A stretch of DNA of 64,000 bases. It comes from Clostridiales bacterium. GTDB taxonomy: Bacteria; Bacillota; Clostridia; Oscillospirales; Acutalibacteraceae. This document shows, in pieces, positions 39,561 to 50,599 of the stretch. Made by a program: the position numbers and the translations under genes. How positions within the stretch are numbered: position 1 is the first letter of the stretch; each line of letters opens with the position of its first letter. The DNA lies in assembly GCA_036830905.1 (NCBI GenBank), contig DAISNS010000001.1:207-64206 (forward strand), in the 5' to 3' direction. The notes below the pieces were generated by a model. The model searched no databases. It had not been told where the DNA came from and saw only the letters and a list, made by a program, of their open reading frames with translations.

Positions 39561-40487
39561 TTACACCAGATAGTCCGGCGTGGAAAGGTAGCGCATCCCG
39601 GTGTCGGGCAGGAGCGCCACGATCAGCTTGCCGGCGTTTTCGGGGCGCTCTGCGAGTTCCCGCGCCGCGTGCACGGCCGCGCCGGAAGTGATGCCGACCA
39701 GCAGCCCTTCGGCCTTCGCAAGCTCGCGGCCCGCCGCGTAGGCGTCCTCGTTCTTGATGGTGACGATCTCGTCGACGAGCGAGAGGTCCAGCACCTTCGG
39801 GACGAAGCCGGGGCCGATGCCCTGCAGCTTGTGCGGGCCGGGCTTGCCGCCCGAAAGCACCGGGGAGGCGGCGGGCTCCACCGCGACGATTCCGATGCCC
39901 GGCTTCTGCTGCTTCAGGTACTGCGCGACGCCGGTAATGGTGCCGCCGGTGCCGACGCCGGCGACGAAGATATCCACTTTCCCTTCGGTCTGCTTCCAGA
40001 TTTCCGGGCCGGTGGTCTTGCGGTGCGCTTCCGGGTTGGCGGGGTTGACGAACTGGCCGGGGATGAACGAATGCGGCGTCTTCGCCGCGAGCTCGTCGGC
40101 CTTCGCGATGGCGCCCTTCATGCCCTTGGCTCCCTCGGTGAGGACGACTTCCGCGCCGTAGGCTTTCAGCAGGTTCCGGCGCTCGATGCTCATGGTGTCC
40201 GGCATGGTGAGGATGAGGCGGTAGCCCTTCGCCGCGGCAACGGCCGCCAGGCCGATGCCCGTGTTGCCGCTCGTCGGCTCGATGATGACGGAGTCCGGCT
40301 TCAGCGCGCCGCGCTTCTCCGCGTCCTCGATCATCGCGAGGCCGATGCGGTCCTTTACGCTGCCCGCCGGGTTGAAATATTCCAGCTTCGCGGCGATGGT
40401 GGCTTTCAGGTTGTGATTTTTTTCGTAGTTCGAGAGCTCGACGACCGGCGTGTTGCCGATCAGGTCCAGAATGCTTTTTGCGATCAT
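39561..40487 (-). CDS. cysK: Cysteine synthase A
   Basis: [16 protein letters not shown] (PLP Lys), [38 protein letters not shown]. Confidence 0.97.
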   Translation of the reverse strand: MIAKSILDLIGNTPVVELSNYEKNHNLKATIAAKLEYFNPAGSVKDRIGLAMIEDAEKRGALKPDSVIIEPTSGNTGIGLAAVAAAKGYRLILTMPDTMSIERRNLLKAYGAEVVLTEGAKGMKGAIAKADELAAKTPHSFIPGQFVNPANPEAHRKTTGPEIWKQTEGKVDIFVAGVGTGGTITGVAQYLKQQKPGIGIVAVEPAASPVLSGGKPGPHKLQGIGPGFVPKVLDLSLVDEIVTIKNEDAYAAGRELAKAEGLLVGITSGAAVHAARELAERPENAGKLIVALLPDTGMRYLSTPDYLV

Positions 40488-40500
40488 TGAAAAAACCTCC

Positions 40501-40528
40501 ATTTCATAGTAAACACATATGTTTTATT
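40501..40528 (-). promoter_or_regulatory. Candidate CymR operator in the cysK leader
   Basis: Minus strand TAAAACATATGTGTTTACTATGAAAT aligns with the box in the thioredoxin promoter. Confidence 0.5.
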
Positions 40529-40544
40529 AATTACTGTCGCTGTC

Positions 40545-40573
40545 ATTATATGCCTGCCGAAGCCGTTTGTCAA
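40545..40573 (-). promoter_or_regulatory. Consensus sigma-A promoter of cysK
   Basis: TTGACA-17 bp-TATAAT. Confidence 0.85.
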
Positions 40574-40657
40574 TAGAAATGTCGCAAAGAAGAATCAAAA
40601 ACAGGAAAAGAGGGAAAAGCATAAACGGCGTATCGCCGTTCTATCCTTCGGATCTCC

Positions 40658-40702
40658 TTGACTTGCCGGGAAAATTAAATTATGATAAATCCGATAGGAT
40701 TT
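40658..40702 (+). promoter_or_regulatory. cymR promoter with an adjacent palindrome
   Basis: TTGACT-17 bp-TATGAT followed directly by AAATCC-GATA-GGATTT. Confidence 0.65.
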
Positions 40703-40743
40703 CAAAAAGCGGGCTGCGTCCCAGCCCCCGGAAGGAGTTTTCC

Positions 40744-41190
40744 ATGCGTATCTCATCGAAAGGGCGGTACGGGCTCGCCGCCGCCATCACCATGGCCCGG
40801 AGCTATTCGGGCGGCGCCACCCAGACCGTGGCGGGCCTTTCCGAGCAGCTCGGAATTTCCAAAATATACCTCGAGCAGGTGTTTTCGCTCCTGAAAAAGG
40901 CGGGCATCGTGCAGTCGTTCAAGGGGATGCAGGGCGGGTACCGGCTCTCGCGCCCGCCGGAGAAGATCACGGCGCTGGAAATCCTCACGGCTCTCGAGCT
41001 CTCGCTGTTTGAAAAGACGGAGGAGTCCGTCTCCGCCAAAGCCCCGGATGTGGAGAAAGCCATGCAGGACGAGGTCTTTTCGCCTGTGGACGAAGCCGTG
41101 GAGGGCATTTTGTCGAAGGTCACGCTGGACGGTCTTGCCGCGAAAGCGGACGTCTACCGCAAATCGGAGACGTATATGTATTATATATGA
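40744..41190 (+). CDS. cymR: Rrf2-family regulator, CymR type (no Fe-S cysteines)
   Basis: MRISSKGRYGL, ISKIYLEQVF..LKKAGIV.S.KG..GGY; no Cys in the protein; ends MYYI as CymR ends MFYI; divergent from cysK. Confidence 0.8.
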   Translation: MRISSKGRYGLAAAITMARSYSGGATQTVAGLSEQLGISKIYLEQVFSLLKKAGIVQSFKGMQGGYRLSRPPEKITALEILTALELSLFEKTEESVSAKAPDVEKAMQDEVFSPVDEAVEGILSKVTLDGLAAKADVYRKSETYMYYI

Positions 41191-41247
41191 TGCGCGCCGC
41201 AGGATGAATGGAACGCCGCGGCCCCGCGGCGGGAAGACGGGAGCCGG

Positions 41248-42171
41248 TTACAGCAGCAGGCCGGCAAGGCCGGTGAAAAGAGGCAGGGTGACCAGCGAGA
41301 ACATCGTCGTGAGCGTTACCGCCCCCGAGGAAAGCTCCACGTCGCCGCCGAACTGGGCCGTGAAAAGCGTTGTGTTTGCGCCGGAAGGCGCCGCGGCGAG
41401 GATGAGCACCGACGCGGTAACGGCGCGGTCCGCATGGAACGGGAGCAGCGCGGCAAGGCACGCCGCGGGGATCGCCAGCAGGCGCACGGCGGCGAGCGCG
41501 TACAGCTCCCGGCTGCGGAACAGGCTGCGCAGCCTCACGCGCGAGACGTAGTAGCCGATCACGATCATCGCGAGCGGCGTGTTCAGGTCCGAGAACCCCC
41601 GCAGGGGGGCAAGGACGAGCTCCGGCAGGCGGAGCGAAGCCGCAAAAAGGGGAAAGCCGGCCGCGAGGCCGATCACGCCGGGGCTGAGTACCGCGTATCT
41701 CCATTCCGGGCGTTTCTGGCCCCGCATCAGGCTCAGGCCGTGCGTCCACACCGCGAGATTGTAAACGGCGATGAACACGGAGGCGTACATCACGCCCTCG
41801 CTGCCGAGCACCGCCTGCGCCAGCGGAAGGCCGACGAAGCCGCAGTTGGAGTATGCGCAGGCGAACTGGAGCACCCTGCGCCGGCCCGGCTCCTCCTTCC
41901 GGAAAAAGCAGCCGGAAAGCAGGATGCTGACCGCCATGCCCACGGCGGAGAGCAGCCCGGCCCCCGCGAAATTCCCCATGGTCACTTTGCCGATATTATC
42001 CTGCATGGAGGCGACGATCAGCGCCGGCGTGACGATGTAGAAGAGGATCGTGGTGATATCCTTCACCCCCGTTTCCGAAAAAAGCCCTTTCTTGCCGGCG
42101 AGGTAGCCGGCGGAGGCCATCAGAAACAGCTCCAGCACCTGCCGGAAGACCGTGAGCGCGTCGTTCAGCAT
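41248..42171 (-). CDS. AEC (auxin efflux carrier / malate permease) family transporter
   Basis: About 10 TM segments; YSNCGFVGLPL, NTPLAMIVIG, AAPSGA, TTMFSLVTLP. Confidence 0.88.
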   Translation of the reverse strand: MLNDALTVFRQVLELFLMASAGYLAGKKGLFSETGVKDITTILFYIVTPALIVASMQDNIGKVTMGNFAGAGLLSAVGMAVSILLSGCFFRKEEPGRRRVLQFACAYSNCGFVGLPLAQAVLGSEGVMYASVFIAVYNLAVWTHGLSLMRGQKRPEWRYAVLSPGVIGLAAGFPLFAASLRLPELVLAPLRGFSDLNTPLAMIVIGYYVSRVRLRSLFRSRELYALAAVRLLAIPAACLAALLPFHADRAVTASVLILAAAPSGANTTLFTAQFGGDVELSSGAVTLTTMFSLVTLPLFTGLAGLLL

Positions 42172-42286
42172 AAGATTAACCCCGTTATTCCTTGAAAATT
42201 GACTTTATTTTACAAGATACGTCTTTTCCGGGCCGATGTCAATCCGTTTCCGCCTGAAGCCCGGTGAAAAGAGGAGGAATTTCCGA

Positions 42287-42994
42287 ATGGAAGTACGCTA
42301 TCTGTACCACAGCGCGTTCGCGGTGAAGACGCCCGCGCACCTTCTCATCTTCGATTATTACTGCGACACGCCGCGCGGCGCCGGCTTTTCCCGCGGCGTG
42401 GTGGACCCGGAGGAAATCCGCGGCGAGGACACGGTGGTTTTCGCCTCGCACAGCCACCCGGACCATTACAGCCCGCGCATCTTCGCCTGGCGCGGAACGG
42501 TCCCGAAGATCCGCTACGTGCTTTCGTCCGACATCCATACGCGCGAGAACGCGGCGCGCATCGGCCCGGGCGAGGAGAAGGACCTCGGAGACCTGCGCGT
42601 GCGCGCGCTGCGCTCCACCGACCAGGGCGTCGCGTTTCTGGTGAAGGCGGACGGCCTCTGCATCTACCACGCGGGTGACCTGAACTGGTGGAAATGGGGG
42701 GAGGACACCCCCGCGGAGCAGGAAGAGGCGGGCCGCGGCTACCGGGAGCAGATCGACCTGCTGCGGGGCGAGAGGATCGACCTGGCGTTTGTGCCGGTGG
42801 ACCCCAGGCAGGGCGCGGACGCGCTGCTGGGCATCGATTACTTTATGCGCACGGTGGGGGCGGCCCGCGCGGTGCCGATGCACGCGTTCGGCCGGACGCC
42901 GTTTTTCAGCATCCTCGGGACCGATCCGCGGACGGAGCCGTACCGCGGCAGGATCCTGTTTTATAAAGACCGCGGCGACCTGTTCGAGGCGTAG
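42287..42994 (+). CDS. Metallo-beta-lactamase-fold hydrolase
   Basis: RBS GAGGAGG; YLYHSAF, SHSHPDH, STDQGVAF, YHAGDLNWW, PMH. Confidence 0.85.
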   Translation: MEVRYLYHSAFAVKTPAHLLIFDYYCDTPRGAGFSRGVVDPEEIRGEDTVVFASHSHPDHYSPRIFAWRGTVPKIRYVLSSDIHTRENAARIGPGEEKDLGDLRVRALRSTDQGVAFLVKADGLCIYHAGDLNWWKWGEDTPAEQEEAGRGYREQIDLLRGERIDLAFVPVDPRQGADALLGIDYFMRTVGAARAVPMHAFGRTPFFSILGTDPRTEPYRGRILFYKDRGDLFEA

Positions 42995-43034
42995 CCGGCG
43001 GCCCGCGGGGAGGTTTTTCCACGGGCGCTCATAA

Positions 43035-44393
<1,359 letters not shown>

Positions 44394-44576
44394 AAGCGCC
44401 TCCCGCTCCGCAGATCCCGGAATTCTTCGCCGTGCCCGCCGGAAACACCCGTTTCCGGCGGGCGCTTTCCGTTCGGGGAAAACGGGCAAAAAAAGGCCGC
44501 CGCGAAGGGAATTTTCGCGGCGGCGCACCGTTTGTCCGCGGCCGGCCCGGCCTGCGGGGGACGCGGATGCGGGATC

Positions 44577-44837
44577 TCAGTGCCGGGGATGCTTTTTGAC
44601 CTGTTCGGCGGCCTCGTACAAAGCCGTCAGCAGGTCGATCTCGAACTGGCTGCCGACCGTCCCCGCCTTCGCGAAGATCCATCCGTTCTCGGAGTTGACA
44701 TACTTGGGCGAGAGGCGGTTCAGCGCATAGGCCGTAATGTCGCTGCGGCACCGGCTGCATTTGCAGCAGCCGAGCGTGTCGATGATCTCGTCCAGCTTTT
44801 CCGTTACCATCTCTTCCATGAAGTTCCTAGGTTCCAT
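44577..44837 (-). CDS. ComFB family protein
   Basis: NFMEEMV, CKCSRCRSDI.AYALNRL.PKYV, VKKHPRH; RBS GGAGGAG. Confidence 0.88.
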   Translation of the reverse strand: MEPRNFMEEMVTEKLDEIIDTLGCCKCSRCRSDITAYALNRLSPKYVNSENGWIFAKAGTVGSQFEIDLLTALYEAAEQVKKHPRH

Positions 44838-44945
44838 ATTCCAAACGCTCCTCCCGTTTCGCGCCGGGTGGCCCCCGGCGTTCCCGATCCCGTGTCGTTC
44901 CGCACGCCGTCCGCCCGGCGAAAGATCCCTTGCCCCGGAGGGGCC

Positions 44946-45623
44946 TCAGCGCTTTGCGGCGATCTCGCCGGGCCGCTTGAAGATGCTGTTCGCGGGCACA
45001 TAGCCGCGCACCATCGAGAGCGGGTAGACGTTCGTGTGCCGCCCGACGATGGAGCCGGGGTTCAGGACGGAGTTGCAGCCGATTTCCGCGAAGTCGCCGA
45101 GCATCGCGCCCATCTTCTTCAGCCCGGTGGCGACGCGCTCCCCGTTCACCTGGACCGCGACGGGCGTCCTGTCGGCCTTCACGTTCGACGTGATGGCCCC
45201 GGCGCCCATGTGGGCCCTGTGGCCGAGGATGGAGTCGCCGACATAGTTGTAGTGCGGCACCTGCACGCCGTCGAACAGGATCACGTTTTTCAGCTCCGTG
45301 GAGTTGCCGACCACGCAGCCCGCTCCCACGAGCGCGCTGCCGCGCACGAAGGCGCACTGGCGCACTTCCGTGTCCGGCCCGATGATGCACGGCCCGTGCA
45401 GGTACGCGGAATCGAACACCTTCGCGCTCTTCGCCACCCACACGTCTTCGCCGCGGCGCTCGTATTCCCCCGGCGGCAGGGCGGCGCCGAGCTTCCGGAT
45501 GAAGTCCCCGATGAGGGGGAGCGCCTCCCACGGGTACCGCACGGATTCCAGCAGCGGTTTCGCCGCGGTGCGGCTCAGGTCGTACAGGCTCGAGATCAGA
45601 ACGGGTTCCAGCAGGTTTGTCAT
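44946..45623 (-). CDS. Left-handed beta-helix (hexapeptide) acyltransferase resembling the C-terminal domain of GlmU-type enzymes
   Basis: Start MTNLLEP after AAGGAG; YPWEALP, GPCIIG..TEVR.CAFVRG, GNSTELKN, PHYNYVGDSILG, KMGAMLGD..EIGCNSVLNPG. Confidence 0.8.
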   Translation of the reverse strand: MTNLLEPVLISSLYDLSRTAAKPLLESVRYPWEALPLIGDFIRKLGAALPPGEYERRGEDVWVAKSAKVFDSAYLHGPCIIGPDTEVRQCAFVRGSALVGAGCVVGNSTELKNVILFDGVQVPHYNYVGDSILGHRAHMGAGAITSNVKADRTPVAVQVNGERVATGLKKMGAMLGDFAEIGCNSVLNPGSIVGRHTNVYPLSMVRGYVPANSIFKRPGEIAAKR

Positions 45624-45646
45624 TGGGGAAGGATCTCCTTTTCTGC

Positions 45647-46669
45647 TTATTTGGATACGCGCGGGAGGAAGCCGACTTTTTTCATCGCCTTGCGCAGCGT
45701 GCGGCCGGCGATGGCGGCGGCCTTTTCCGCGGACTCGTTCCAGCACTGCTCGAGGTAGTCGCGGTTTTTGATGTAGTCCTCGAAGCGCTCGCGGATGGGG
45801 CGCAGGTGCTCGGCGACGGCCTCGCCAACGGCGGCCTTGAAGTCCCCGTAGCCCCTGCCGGAGAACTCGGCCTCGATCTGCGCGTCCGTCTCGCCCGTCA
45901 CGCAGGAGTAGATGCTCATGAGGTTGTTCACGCCGTCCTTGCCCTCGGCGCGCCGGACGCAGGCTTCGCTGTCCGTCACGGCGCGGCGGAATTTCCGCAT
46001 GATGTCCTCCGGCCTGTCGAGCACGGCGACGAAGGCGTTCGCGTTCTCGTCGGATTTGCTCATCTTCTTCGCCGGGTCCTGCAGCGACATGATCTTCGCG
46101 CCCTTCGGCGGGATGTAGGCGTCCGGCACCGTGAAGGTGGGGCCGTAGATCCCGTTGAAGCGCTCGGCGACGGTGCGCGTCAGCTCCAGGTGCTGCTTCT
46201 GGTCCGCGCCCACGGGCACCAGGTCCGCCCGGTACAGCAGGATGTCGGCCGCCATCAGCGAGGGGTAGGTGAACAGGCCGGCGTTTACGTTCTCGGGGTG
46301 TTTGGCGGATTTGTCCTTGAACTGCGTCATGCGCTGCAGCTCGCCGAACTGCGTGTAGCAGTCCAGCACCCACGCGAGCTGCGCGTGCGCCGGCACGTGG
46401 CTCTGGATGAAGAACAGGCTCTTTTTCGGGTCGATGCCGCAGGCCAGCAGGAGCGCGTAGGCCTCCAGCGTGCGGCGGCGGAAATCCGCCGGATTCTGGC
46501 GCACGGTGATGGTGTGCAGGTCCGCCAGAGCGTAGATGCAGTCGTATTCGTCCTGGAGCGAGATCCAGTTTTTCAGGGCGCCGAGGTAATTGCCGAGCGT
46601 GATGGTCCCGCTCGGCTGGATGGCGCTGAAGATCACTTTGCGGTGTCCGCCGTCGTTTTCCGGCTCCAT
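45647..46669 (-). CDS. trpS: Tryptophan--tRNA ligase
   Basis: FSAIQPSG..TLGNYLGA, MTQFKDK, YPSLMAADILLY, VPVGADQKQHLE, KMSKS. Confidence 0.97.
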   Translation of the reverse strand: MEPENDGGHRKVIFSAIQPSGTITLGNYLGALKNWISLQDEYDCIYALADLHTITVRQNPADFRRRTLEAYALLLACGIDPKKSLFFIQSHVPAHAQLAWVLDCYTQFGELQRMTQFKDKSAKHPENVNAGLFTYPSLMAADILLYRADLVPVGADQKQHLELTRTVAERFNGIYGPTFTVPDAYIPPKGAKIMSLQDPAKKMSKSDENANAFVAVLDRPEDIMRKFRRAVTDSEACVRRAEGKDGVNNLMSIYSCVTGETDAQIEAEFSGRGYGDFKAAVGEAVAEHLRPIRERFEDYIKNRDYLEQCWNESAEKAAAIAGRTLRKAMKKVGFLPRVSK

Positions 46670-46696
46670 TCTATATTCCTTCTTTCAATATTCGCT

Positions 46697-47917
46697 TCAT
46701 AATAGTGCCGCCGGGGGTTCCGTTCCCCCCGCGGGGCGCGGGTTGGCCAGCCCGCCGAGGATGCGGATGCCCTTCACGAGGGCGTCGTCCGCGGGAGTCG
46801 TGTAGTTGATGCGGAACGAGGAGCACGGCTGCGCCTCGTTCGTGAGGAACGCGCTGCCCGGCACGACGCACACGTTGTGCAGCACCGCGTTTTTGCAGAA
46901 GGCGGGCATGTTCTCGCCCTCCGGCAGCGTGCACCAGAAGAAGAGGCCGCCCTGGATGGGCAGGTAGGTCACGTTCGGCGCGAGGTAGCGGTCCAGCGCG
47001 TCCGCCGCCACCTTCGCCTTCCTGCGGTAGATTTCCTTCAGGCGCCGCAGGTGCGCCTCGTAGTCGTACCCCGTCATCAGCTCGTGGCAGACGATCTGGC
47101 CCCACACGTTCGTGTGGACGTCCTCGCCCTGCTTGCACACGACCATCTTCTGGAGGATCTCCTCCGGCGCGACGCAGTACCCGACGCGGATGCCCGGCGC
47201 GACGACCTTGGAGAACGTGCCGGCGTAGACGACGAGGCCGGCCTCGTCCAGCGTTTTCACGGCGGGCACGTCCTCGCCCGCGAAGCGCAGGTCGCCGTAG
47301 GGGTTGTCCTCCAGGATCAGCACGCCGTGCGCCTTTGCCAGCTCGTACATCCTCCGGCGCTTTTCCATGCTCGTCGTGATGCCCGTCGGGTTCTGGAAAT
47401 TCGGGATGGTGTAGATGAACCTGACGTTTTTCTCTTCCTCCAGCGCCCGTTCCAGCGCGTCCATGTTCATGCCGTCCGCCTCCATCGGCACGCCGCGCAG
47501 GCGCGCCCGGTACGAGCGGAATGTGTTCAGCGAGCCGATGAAGCTCGGCGACTCGCACAGGACGGTGTCGCCCTCGTTGAGGACGGATTTGGCCAGCAGG
47601 TCCATCACCTGCTGCGCGCCGCTCGTGACGAGCAGGCCGTCGAAGCCGCGCCCGATGCCGTACTTCCGACGCAGGTAAGCGGCCAGGTGCTCGCGCAGCG
47701 GGGGGTAGCCCTCCGTGACGCTGTACTGCAGCGCGTCCACCGGGCGCTCGCGCAGGATCTTTTCGGAGATCTCGGCGATTTCCTTCACGGGGAAGGCCTC
47801 CGGCGCGGGGTTGCCCGCGGAGAGCGAGATCATGCCCGGGCGGGAGGCGTACTTGAAGATTTCCCGGATCGCGGAGGGCTTGAGCGCCTGCACGCGGTCG
47901 GAAAAGCGATACTGCAT
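46697..47917 (-). CDS. PLP-dependent aminotransferase class I/II (LysN/ARO8-like)
   Basis: SAIREIFK, ISLSAGNP, YTIPNFQNPTG, EDNPYGDL, GTFSKVVAPGIRVG. Confidence 0.92.
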   Translation of the reverse strand: MQYRFSDRVQALKPSAIREIFKYASRPGMISLSAGNPAPEAFPVKEIAEISEKILRERPVDALQYSVTEGYPPLREHLAAYLRRKYGIGRGFDGLLVTSGAQQVMDLLAKSVLNEGDTVLCESPSFIGSLNTFRSYRARLRGVPMEADGMNMDALERALEEEKNVRFIYTIPNFQNPTGITTSMEKRRRMYELAKAHGVLILEDNPYGDLRFAGEDVPAVKTLDEAGLVVYAGTFSKVVAPGIRVGYCVAPEEILQKMVVCKQGEDVHTNVWGQIVCHELMTGYDYEAHLRRLKEIYRRKAKVAADALDRYLAPNVTYLPIQGGLFFWCTLPEGENMPAFCKNAVLHNVCVVPGSAFLTNEAQPCSSFRINYTTPADDALVKGIRILGGLANPRPAGGTEPPAALL

Positions 47918-48077
47918 GTTTCCTGCACTTCCTTTGCCCCGTTCCCGGGCCGGCGCGGGAGCGGGGGATGATATTGCAGTTTATTTTACCACAGAAACGC
48001 CGCGCTGAACAGAAGAAGCCGAATATCTTTTGAAGTTCCCCGTTTCGAGCGGATATACCCGGATATTCCGCCACGGA

Positions 48078-48110
48078 GTGACAAATCTTTCCTTATACGG
48101 ACTGTATAAT
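48078..48110 (+). promoter_or_regulatory. spoIIE promoter with 21-bp spacing (Spo0A-dependent type)
   Basis: GTGACA (48078-48083) and TATAAT (48105-48110) are 21 bp apart. Confidence 0.6.
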
Positions 48111-48162
48111 GGGAACTGAAAAAAACGGACAGGCTGTCCGGACGGCGGTGGGATGGTAAAAA

Positions 48163-50502
48163 ATGACAAATGCAAAAGTAAATCGCGTGCCCTTTTCGCA
48201 GGTTGCCGCTTCGTCGGCGAAGACCGTGGCAAGGCAGCTCGCGGCGTTCGCCGTTGCGCTCGTCTGCGCTCGGGGGACGGTTTTCGGGCAGTACGCGCCC
48301 TTCGGCGTGGCTGTCGTGGCGGCGGCGCCGTATCCGGTGCTGCTCAGCGCGGCGCTGGGCGCCGCCTTAGGCTGCCTGCTGCCCTCGGCGGCGGCCGTGC
48401 CGGTGCATTATCTGGCGGCGGTCCTTGCGGCGGCGGCCATCCGCTGGACGCTGCAGGACCTCGTCAGGCTGCGGATGCACCCGGTGTTCGCGCCGCTGAC
48501 GGCGGCGCTGCCGCTTTTGGCGACCATGGCCGCGATCCTGGCGGTGAACGGTTCCGGGTTCCGGGGGGCCGTCATGTATGTTTCGGAGGCGCTGCTCGCC
48601 GGCTGCGCGGCGTACTTTTTCCGGCGGACCGCGGCGGCGTTCGAGTCTGACAGGAGCGCCGCCGGCTGGAGCCCGCAGGAGGTCGTCTGCGGCGCGTTCT
48701 CGGCGGGCGTGGCGCTGCTGGGGCTTTCCGGCCTGTCGGTCGGCGGCGTGTCGGCCGGGAGGATCCTTGCGGTGGTTGCCGTTCTGTTCGCGGCGCGTTT
48801 CGGCGGCGTGGCGGGCGGCTGTGTGGCCGGGGTGGCGACGGGCCTCGTCTTCAGCCTCTCCACCGCGGGGCTCAGCTACCTTTCCGGCGCCTACGCGCTG
48901 GGGGGACTGATGGCCGGCCTGTTCTCGCCGCTCGGCAGGCTCGCGGCGGCCGCGTCGTTCGTTGTCGCCAACGGCCTCGCGTCGCTGCAGGTGGGCAGCG
49001 GGAAAGAGGTCGTGGCGGGCCTGTACGAGGTTGCTGCCGCCACGGTGATCTACATGCTGCTGCCGGCCCGGGCGGGCGGCTTCCTCGCGGGTGTTTTCTC
49101 ACGCGGCGCCGACGACGGCGGGCGCGCCGAGGGCCTGCGCCGCAGCGTGGTGATGAAGCTGGACTGCGCGGCGAAGGCGCTGGACAGCGTTTCGGACTCC
49201 GTGGAGGAGGTGTCGCGGAAGCTGGAAAAAACCTGCGCGCCGGACATCAACGGCGTTTACGAAAAGGTCGTCGCGGAGGTCTGCCATACCTGCGGGCTGA
49301 GAACGCGCTGCTGGCAGGGGGAGTACGGCGCGACGATGGACGCTTTCAACAATCTGACGCAGCCGCTCCGCGTGAAGGGAAAGGTGGGGCGTTCCGATTT
49401 CAGCGGGCAGTTCCTGGAAAAATGCAGCCGCCTGGACGCGGTTGCGGATTCCGTGAACGGCAACTATGCCCGGTACACCGCGTTCGATGCCGCGGAGACG
49501 CGGGCGCGGCAGGTGCGCGGCGCGGTGGCGCAGCAGTTTTCCACCGCCGGGGAGATCCTGGAGGACCTCTCCTCCGAGATGGAGATGGTCGGGAAATTCG
49601 ACGACGTTTCCGCGCGGAAGGCGGAGGAGATCCTCCGGCTGGCGGGCGCGCAGCCGACCGAAGTCATCTGCCGCACCGACCGCTTCGGCCGCCTGTCCCT
49701 GGAGGCCGTGGGAAAGCTGGAAGGCAGCCTGCGCGTGGAGCGCGGCAGGCTGTTTCAGGAGCTCGCCCGCGCGTGCGGGCGAAAGTTCGGCCCGCCGTGC
49801 GTGAATTTTTCGGCCGGGTCGTACCGCCTGCGCATGAGCGAGCTCGCCCGCTACCGCGCGAAGCTCGGCTGCGCGCAGCATGTGTGCGGCAACGGGAAGC
49901 TCTGCGGCGACAACTGGAAGTGCTTCCCGGACGGGAACGGCCGGCAGATCGCCCTCATCAGCGACGGCATGGGGACGGGCGGCCGGGCGGCCGTGGACGG
50001 CGCGATGGCCTGCGGCATCATGCAGCGTCTCGTGGAGGCGGGCGTGGGGTTCGACGCCGCGCTCCGCGTGGTGAATTCCGCGCTTCTCGCCAAATCGGGG
50101 GACGAGTCGATGGCGACCATGGACATCGCCGTGCTCGACCTCTACACCGGCGAAGCCGAACTGCTGAAGGCCGGCGCGCCGGAAACGATCTTCCGCAGGG
50201 GCGGGCGCGCCGTCCCGGCCGACATGCCCGGCCTTCCCATCGGCATCCTGGACGAGACGCGCCTCGCAAAGTCCGCCGAGACGCTTTCGGACGGCGACCT
50301 GATCGTGATGGTGTCGGACGGCGCGCTTGCCTCCGGCTCCGATTGGCTCTGCGCGCTGATCGAGGACTGGAAGGGAAACATCCCGCAGGAGCTGGCGGAG
50401 GAGATCGTGGGGCAGGCGATCTCCCGCCGGTCGGACGGCCACGACGACGACGTGACGGCGCTCGTGCTGATGCTCGGCAGCGCGGTGGACGGCGCTGCGT
50501 GA
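48163..50502 (+). CDS. spoIIE: Stage II sporulation protein E (membrane PP2C phosphatase)
   Basis: N-terminal multi-TM region, central C..C.....CW / C motif, PP2C domain CGD, ISDGMGTG, ATMDI, MVSDG, DDDVT. Confidence 0.9.
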   Translation: MTNAKVNRVPFSQVAASSAKTVARQLAAFAVALVCARGTVFGQYAPFGVAVVAAAPYPVLLSAALGAALGCLLPSAAAVPVHYLAAVLAAAAIRWTLQDLVRLRMHPVFAPLTAALPLLATMAAILAVNGSGFRGAVMYVSEALLAGCAAYFFRRTAAAFESDRSAAGWSPQEVVCGAFSAGVALLGLSGLSVGGVSAGRILAVVAVLFAARFGGVAGGCVAGVATGLVFSLSTAGLSYLSGAYALGGLMAGLFSPLGRLAAAASFVVANGLASLQVGSGKEVVAGLYEVAAATVIYMLLPARAGGFLAGVFSRGADDGGRAEGLRRSVVMKLDCAAKALDSVSDSVEEVSRKLEKTCAPDINGVYEKVVAEVCHTCGLRTRCWQGEYGATMDAFNNLTQPLRVKGKVGRSDFSGQFLEKCSRLDAVADSVNGNYARYTAFDAAETRARQVRGAVAQQFSTAGEILEDLSSEMEMVGKFDDVSARKAEEILRLAGAQPTEVICRTDRFGRLSLEAVGKLEGSLRVERGRLFQELARACGRKFGPPCVNFSAGSYRLRMSELARYRAKLGCAQHVCGNGKLCGDNWKCFPDGNGRQIALISDGMGTGGRAAVDGAMACGIMQRLVEAGVGFDAALRVVNSALLAKSGDESMATMDIAVLDLYTGEAELLKAGAPETIFRRGGRAVPADMPGLPIGILDETRLAKSAETLSDGDLIVMVSDGALASGSDWLCALIEDWKGNIPQELAEEIVGQAISRRSDGHDDDVTALVLMLGSAVDGAA

Positions 50503-50538
50503 AGGGGGGCGGGCTGAAAAACGGCCGCCCGGTCGAAA

Positions 50539-50573
50539 AATGCCCCGCCGCGGAAAAACCGCGGCGGGGCATT
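50539..50573. terminator. Hairpin between convergent spoIIE and kamA-like genes
   Basis: Perfect 15-bp stem AATGCCCCGCCGCGG / CCGCGGCGGGGCATT with an AAAAA loop; T run on the minus strand. Confidence 0.75.
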
Positions 50574-50599
50574 GCCGTGCCCTCGGGCCGGGGGCCTTT

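Noticed and set aside
40744..41190. IscR/NsrR assignment for the Rrf2 protein
   Set aside because: It has no cysteines for an Fe-S cluster. The context and the MYYI tail fit CymR.
44946..46373. 475-aa ORF suggesting a full-length GlmU
   Set aside because: The N-terminal extension is an alternate frame over trpS with no nucleotidyltransferase motifs. The real start is 45623.
46669..48160. T-box riboswitch for trpS
   Set aside because: There is no space directly upstream of trpS, and I found no T-box consensus upstream of the aminotransferase.
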